Positions 57,958-64,000 of a DNA stretch of 64,000 nt are shown here, one piece after another. Every line of letters begins with the position of its first letter. The stretch's first letter is position 1. The notes below the pieces were generated by a model. It searched no databases. It saw only the letters and a list, made by a program, of their open reading frames with translations, and had not been told where the DNA came from. The stretch covers positions 349,680,001 to 349,744,000 of the forward strand of contig NC_067398.1 of NCBI RefSeq assembly GCF_016432865.1. Reading direction: 5' to 3'. The translations under genes were made by a program, and so were the position numbers. The DNA is from Antechinus flavipes (Eukaryota).

Positions 57958-58285
57958 TTTTATTTTAAAAGCATTTTATTTTTCCAGATACATGCAAAGC
58001 TAGTTTTCAACATTCACCTTTGCAAAACCTTGTGTTCCAAATTTTTCTCCTTCTCTCTCCATTTCCCCCCTCACCAAGGCAGCAAGAAATTTGATCTATA
58101 TTAAACATGCAATTCTTCTAAACATAATTTCCATATTCATCATGCTGTGCAAGAAAAATCAAATCAAAAGGGGAAAAACACAAGAAAGGGGAAAAAAACA
58201 AGCAAACCAACAAAAAAGTGAAAATCCTATGCTTCAATCCATACTTCTCTCTCTGGATGCAGATGGCACTTTCCATTCCAAGTCT
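57958..58285 (-). mobile_element. L1 3'UTR fragment
   Basis: Co-linear with 1700-1985 ('gttttcaacattcacctttgcaaaaccttgtgttccaaatttttctcc', 'tgctgtgcaagaaaaatcaaatcaaaa'). Confidence 0.8.
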
Positions 58286-59039
58286 ATGAGAATAGGCCCG
58301 AAGTTTTAAAGCCACAGGATGGGTAACAGTCATCACTTTTGATGGATGTTGTCTGGCCTTTCAGAGAAAGGGAATATGGCCTATCCAAATGTGACTAGAA
58401 GCATGGTTACTATAGTTTTCCTTAATAACAGGAGAAATAGAATGTTACTAAAGATAGGATTGGATAGTCTCTACTGCTTATTTCAACCAGCTTATAACTT
58501 TTTTGTAGCAAATAAATTAAATATTCAAAGGATACTTAATACATACAAATATATAATTCCACCCACTCCCAAATTACTGAGTTAAACAGAAGCATTATAT
58601 TAGGAATGCAGAGATCTGGGTTTTAGCACTTTCCCTATCACTCCTCAGCTATGCACTTAACTGTCTGAGGCTCAATTTCATCATCAAAACAGAGATGGAT
58701 CTCACCTTCCAACTTCAAAAAGTAGTTTCATGGATGAAATTAGATGATGCCTATAAAAGTGCTCTGAGAGGTATATTCTATACAAATGAGAGGTCATACT
58801 TTCTCTTTTTACATCAAAATAGGGTGAGTTCCAACTGGGCCATAGTTTTCCTCTAGCTAGCTCTGCAAACTCTTAATTCAGTTATCTCAGAAACAAATTG
58901 CCTACCTCAAGGCTGTGCCTTGGGGCAAAATAGACTTTGCTAACACTAAACACCTGTTTCTTGACACTGCCCTCACTTGATTCTTAGCTCCTAGGGCTAT
59001 TTGAATCCCCGACTTCAGAGATTTATCCCTACCAATTCT

Positions 59040-59875
59040 AAATTACCTTTCCACTTTCTTCTGTCACTGCCTTAGATGTAGAAGTTCTAGTCCCACTAAC
59101 TGCCATTTGCCACTAAGTGACTTCTCGTGGCTTTTAGATTCCTATTGCATTGGGGTCCTAGAGGATTCTGCTCTGGGTCTTCTGTTTTTTCTCTCTCCCT
59201 ACTACTACTATACTTAGTAATCTCATCAACTCCCATGGATTTAATTATCATCTCTTTGGGGATGGTTTTCAAATCTACCTTTCCTGCCCCAACGTCTCTA
59301 ATCTCACATCTTTCAAATATTTTAAACTGGACATTCTGTAGACATCTTAAACTCAAGATGTATAAAATTAATTTTTTAAATTATCTTTCCCTAAATCTCT
59401 CACTACCTCCTAACTTTAACTTTCCTATTATTATAGAAAACTACTCCATCCTCCCATCCTCAAACCTGGGGACACTATCTTCAGCTTCTAAGTCTCTCAT
59501 CTTCTATATTCGTTCTGTTGTCAAGACCTGTCAATTTCAACATTGCAGCATCTCTGGAATACACCTTCTCTTTTTATCTCTGACACAAACATTTGCAATA
59601 TTGTAATAGCCTTCCACTAAGTCTGCCTACCCCAAGTCTCTTCCTGCTCCAAGCCAACCTCCATTCAGCCACCAAAGTGATTTTCCTAAAATGCAGCCCC
59701 AACTATGTTATCCCTCATTCCCCATTCAATAAACTCCAGTGGTTTCCTATTTATCCACAAGATCAATTCAAAATGGTCTCTTTGGCATTCAGTCTTTCAT
59801 AATCTACCCCCTTCTATCTTTCTAGTTTTCTTATACCATGTATTGCTTGATCCAATGACACTGGCCTCCTTTAAC
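59040..59875 (+). mobile_element. L2 ORF2 RT-end and 3' region, degraded
   Basis: 'ggggtcctagaggattctgctctgggtcttctgttttttctctc...aatctcatcaactcccatggatttaattatcatctctttggggatgg' corresponds to GVPQGSVLGPLLFSL..LINSHGFNYHL(YADD). It accounts for the ORFs at 59096-59944. Confidence 0.85.
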
Positions 59876-61304
59876 CAATCAATCAACATTTATCAAATGC
59901 CTACTATGTACAGAAACTGCCAACGCAAACTGATCGAGGCTTAACCAGAAAATGGGAAAAATGTGGCTAGAGGTAATTCAAAGTGAAGGGACCTCATCTT
60001 ATTGCTGAACTTCACTATGACTACAATGCTACAAATGGACTGCTCTCCCTTGCTACAGGACTCAATTCCATCATTCATTAATGGCATGAGTTTTCAGGGA
60101 TTATGAGTTGAATCTCTAGGGGAGGAAAATGGAGATTATTAACCTGTTCCTATAGGTCAAATGAGGACATTTCTCAGTTTTCTGCCAGAAAGGTTAATTC
60201 ACAAATAAAATACATTTTAGAGAATGAACAAAGGAGATTAGAGGACACTCCAACCTAGCTAATAACCTAGTTAAAGGAACTGCTCTCTGTACCTTAGCTA
60301 CCTAAGTATTAATCTTTCAGCTCAAAATATAAAGTTTTAATGTTCCAAGGTATGTTCTTTCAGGTTGAGATGATAGACTAAATAGTGATGCTACCAGCTG
60401 AGCAGAGATGATCTGAGATACTAAACATAGCTAGTGCCACTACATTTTCTAGACTTTACCTTGAAAAAAAAAAAAAAAGGAATACCAGGGAAACCATTCT
60501 CACTCATCTTCTACATAAAATATTCTCCAACACATTTCTAGGAACAATGAGCTGTAGCTAGAATGAGATTGACTGGGGCTTTTGTCAATATCCAGAAAGC
60601 ACCCACCATCTCCTTGGAGTTCTTACAGTGGAGTACTACTAGGCTCTCACTCCTTTCCTCTTCCAATCTGTATTCATAACTCAACTGAATTTATCCTAAT
60701 TATGACTTGGAGTACAGTAAAGAAGTTGATGCTTTGATCAGAGGTCTGCCTGTTCCTAAATATGAATTCAGAAAGAACCCCAAATGGGAGCTATCCAGTG
60801 GAAAATGTCAGATTTTTGTTACATTTTAGTTTTCTTTCCTCCTGTACAGTTCTATTTAATCTCTCTTAAAAAAAAAAAAGTTTATTTTTTCCTGTCATTT
60901 CGAGAGTTTACATCCTTTATAAAAGAGCAAATGCTTTACATAGGCTTTTCATATAGAAAATATAGATAAACATAGTTTAATGGTAGATGAAAACACATTT
61001 GATGTGTAGGGCAAGAAGGGACAATGGTTGATCTAGCAACCTAGCAATCTAGGTAGCAAATATGGGATTGAGAAAGAGAAGAGCAAGATCTTGCCCAATC
61101 TCTGATCAGGTAGTTTGTGAAAGCCTGCTTATTAAATATTTCCATCATGCTGATGTAGGAAATGGATGTAAGAGAAGAACATAAAACAGACAACATTAAT
61201 ACTCCTTGGAAACTTTTTTGAGGGTAAGGGAAACCTGTAAACAAAGTAGGTTTCCCTGATCTAGGATAAAGAAAGATTTCTTTTTGGAGATATAGTAATA
61301 TCAA

Positions 61305-61530
61305 TCAATAAACATTTATTAAACACTTGCTATGTACCAGGCACTGTGATCAGCAAAAGTTTGTCCCTCTCCTCAAGTAGCTTACACACTAATAGGGGAA
61401 TTCACATGAAAACTAATTATAAACAAAGCAAGCCAAATGCTGGCTAAATAGGAAACAATTAACTTAGGGAAGATACTAGAACTAAGAGGGGATTGAAGAA
61501 AGTTTTCCTCTAAAAAGTAGGATTTTAGTT
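61305..61530 (-). mobile_element. L2 3' fragment
   Basis: 'tcaatcaataaacatttattaaacacttgctatgtaccaggcactgtg...gtccctctcctcaagtagcttacac'. Confidence 0.75.
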
Positions 61531-62589
61531 AGGACTTAAAAAAAGCAAAGATATATGAAGTATAAGTATTAGATTTTTTAAAAAAATATTCTTTCCTTTT
61601 AGAGATATAGTAGGATGCTGTAACTCCCTCCCTCACTATTGGTACCCAAGTTTTTCTCTTCCTCTTTCCCATCTTCCCTTTAAAATGAGTGCTTATTTGT
61701 TGTTGTTGTTGTTGTTTTTGTAATAGGACAACTAAAGTCTCACCTGGTGAAAAGAAATATATGGAAGGTGCGATGAAATACTGGCCACTCCCTTCCTAGA
61801 TCTCACCCCATGATAGTTCTCCAAGACAAGGCAAAATACTATCTTTGAAAGAAAAGTCTGAGGAGTTGCTTGGGTAGGACAATAGGAGGGATTAAAAAAG
61901 GGGGATGAGAGTTGAAGAGCTAAGGTGGTTAATTTGGCAGAGTTCTGAAGAACAGCAACTCCTCAGACGGTGAAATCAACAGTGCTATTCCTAATCATTC
62001 ACCCCAATTTAAGAGAGCCAGAGACTCACTGAGGATCATCATCTATGCCATCATGGCCTCTTCTCTGATCTCTTCAGTAGCTGTCACCTGATTTACTAGC
62101 TACTGCTCCAGAAGCTGCTTTCAATCCTGCCTTGTCCTTATCACTCTTCTCTCACTCTTAAAAAAAATTGTTTACATCCCTGGAGAAGAAAGAGACATAA
62201 TCACTAATTAGTTGAAACACAATAAATTTTAAGTGTATTCTTATCTTAGTAGTAAGAAAAATGCTTGTCTTCTAGAAACAGACACAATTTGCAACTATAC
62301 TACTTGATTCTTGGGCAAATTTTCTGATTTATATATTTAAAGCTATTCAATTTCCTCCTAATCTTTCACTGATTTGAAATTTGTTGGCTTTGTACAGAGA
62401 TATAGAGATGGATAATCTTAGGGATAAGATGGATCTGTGATTTCATTTGTACAGAAAATTCCCAGATGAGGAAACTTCACCTATCAAAGCAGGTTCTTCT
62501 TTTGAAATTACAGTCTTAGGAAATTTTCGAGGGATAGGCCCAATAGACTCTCTTCTTTCTTCTTCTCTTCTTCTCCTTTTAATAAGATT

Positions 62590-63225
62590 AGCAAGCTAGG
62601 GATGGTTAAATTTTAAATTTATTTATTTTTTAATTTATGAAATAAAATAAGCATTTCCATAACATAGTGTAGAATAATAATAAAAAGATTGTACATGAAA
62701 CTAAAAATCTATTACGTACAACTTGCTATCCATTTAAATATATAATAAAATATTTATGTAAATTTCTTTTTTTTTTTCTTTTTTCTTTTAGATCTGCCTC
62801 CTGACTCTAGAGGAGGCTATTATTAGACACAAATATGTGTGTATGTACACACACACACATATATATATAAAATCATTCTATACATATACTTCTATTTATT
62901 AGTTCTTTCTCTATGTGCAGATAGAGCCTTCCTTCATATGTCTTTGCAATGTATTTGGGTAATAATAATAGTCAAAATGACATATTTCCTCAGTAGTTCT
63001 TAAAACTATATTGCTGTTACTGCATGCAGTGTTCTCTTGGTTCTGCTCATTTTGCTCTTCTTTATTTCATGCGAGTCTTTCCATGTTTTTCTAAGATCAT
63101 CAAACTCTTAATTTGTTATAGCATAGTAGTATTACATCACTACCATACACTACAATTTGTTCAGTCATTCCCCATTTGATGGACAATTCTGCAATTTCCA
63201 AATCTTTGCTACCATACAGAACTGA
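62590..63225 (-). mobile_element. L1 ORF2 end plus 3'UTR
   Basis: 'ttctcttggttctgctcattttgctcttc...gtttttctaag...tttgttcagtcattccccatttgatggacaattctgcaatttccaaatctttgctaccat'. Confidence 0.8.
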
Positions 63226-63329
63226 AATAAAATTTTATTGAATAAATTTTATTTTACAATGTAAAAACCATTTGTTGACTGGTGGGCCATGCAAAAACTA
63301 GTGGCAGATTTCTGACTTCAGTGTTAGCT

Positions 63330-63740
63330 CTCTTTCTGCTATGCAATACTGGCTTTCATAGATAGCCAGATTTACATTGAAAAAAAAAATCTACCTAGAG
63401 AGAAAAAGAAAAATTGGGGAATCATATACACAGTGATGATATGCAGAACTATAAGAAACTAGTGAGATCATCAAGAGAATATAAAGAAAGGAGAAAAGGG
63501 ACAGGACAGAGCCTTAAAGGACAACTATGCTTCTGGGATGGGAGAAAAATGATGAGTCTGCAAAGAAGACTAAGGAATATTCAGACAAACGGAGGTGATG
63601 AATGACTGAATAAAAATAAATGGGGAAAAAAAACCCTCACATTTATTAAGAATATACTATGTGTTAAGCCAGTATAAAAATGCAATGGTAAAGATATTTC
63701 CTACCCTCAAGGAGCTTACATTCTAATAGCAGAGACAAAA
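63330..63740 (-). mobile_element. L2 fragments
   Basis: 'gagaaaagggacaggacagagccttaaaggacaac' and 'acatttattaagaatatactatgtgttaagcc...cctaccctcaaggagcttacattctaatag'. Confidence 0.6.
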
Positions 63741-64000
63741 CACAAAACAGGAAGTGGTGACCAGGAAGAAGGACTTTGGACTAGAGAAAAGATTGACATA
63801 CCCTATCTAGACAAAAAGAAAAATTGATTTGATCTGGATTCATAGTTCCAGAACCAAAGTGAGGTGATTGTTTAGAAGATTCTGGAGGAGGTACAAAGGA
63901 AGGTATGAAATGAAATGTATCAGGGGCTTTCCTGGAAGTGTTCTAGATGAGATAGTAGTGGAATCCCAGGGCAAACAATCTTCCATTAGTTTTTGTATGG

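Noticed and set aside
59096-59944. ORFs of 159, 86, 79 and 69 aa
   Set aside because: They are off-frame or antisense readings of a degraded L2 RT region.
63228-63258. AT-only palindromes aataaaattttatt and aataaattttatt
   Set aside because: Two-letter low complexity at an L1 junction, which is expected by chance.
1-64000. CRISPR arrays, rRNA, tRNA genes, numts and operon-like systems
   Set aside because: None seen. tRNA-like A/B boxes occur only as SINE heads, and the window is mammalian repeat-rich DNA.

Overview
AT-rich, CpG-depleted mammalian genomic DNA from a gapped short-read scaffold, with five N-runs (28891-29025, 30579-30756, 33064-33200, 39504-39918, 56410-56538). The repeat content points to a marsupial, most likely an Australian dasyurid; this is inferred from recalled repeat families, not from a search. 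It includes marsupial-type L1 3' ends, WSINE1- and Mar1-like CORE-SINEs, MIR, L2, CR1/L3, RTE LINE fragments, an OC1/OposCharlie-type hAT MITE and an ERV solo LTR. I could not identify a host protein-coding gene, a structural RNA gene or a CRISPR array. The long ORFs I can explain are L1 ORF2, L2, RTE, LTR, microsatellite or N-run products. The window looks intergenic or intronic, with a few repeat-poor, CpG-retaining blocks that may be enhancers or lncRNA exons. The best leads are: (1) twin perfect hairpins with near-identical 7-nt loops and compensatory stem changes at 16267-16315; (2) a ~145-bp inverted duplication with a perfect 44-bp core at 37840-38719; (3) an intact solo LTR with a 4-bp TSD nested in a SINE, plus a near-identical fragment at a gap edge; (4) a degraded retroviral Gag-matrix-like reading frame at 49954-50366; (5) an OC1-type MITE from a horizontally transferred family. 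All exon models are low-confidence because splice-like motifs occur often by chance in 64 kb. Family names and most TE boundaries are approximate unless a TSD or TIR is quoted.
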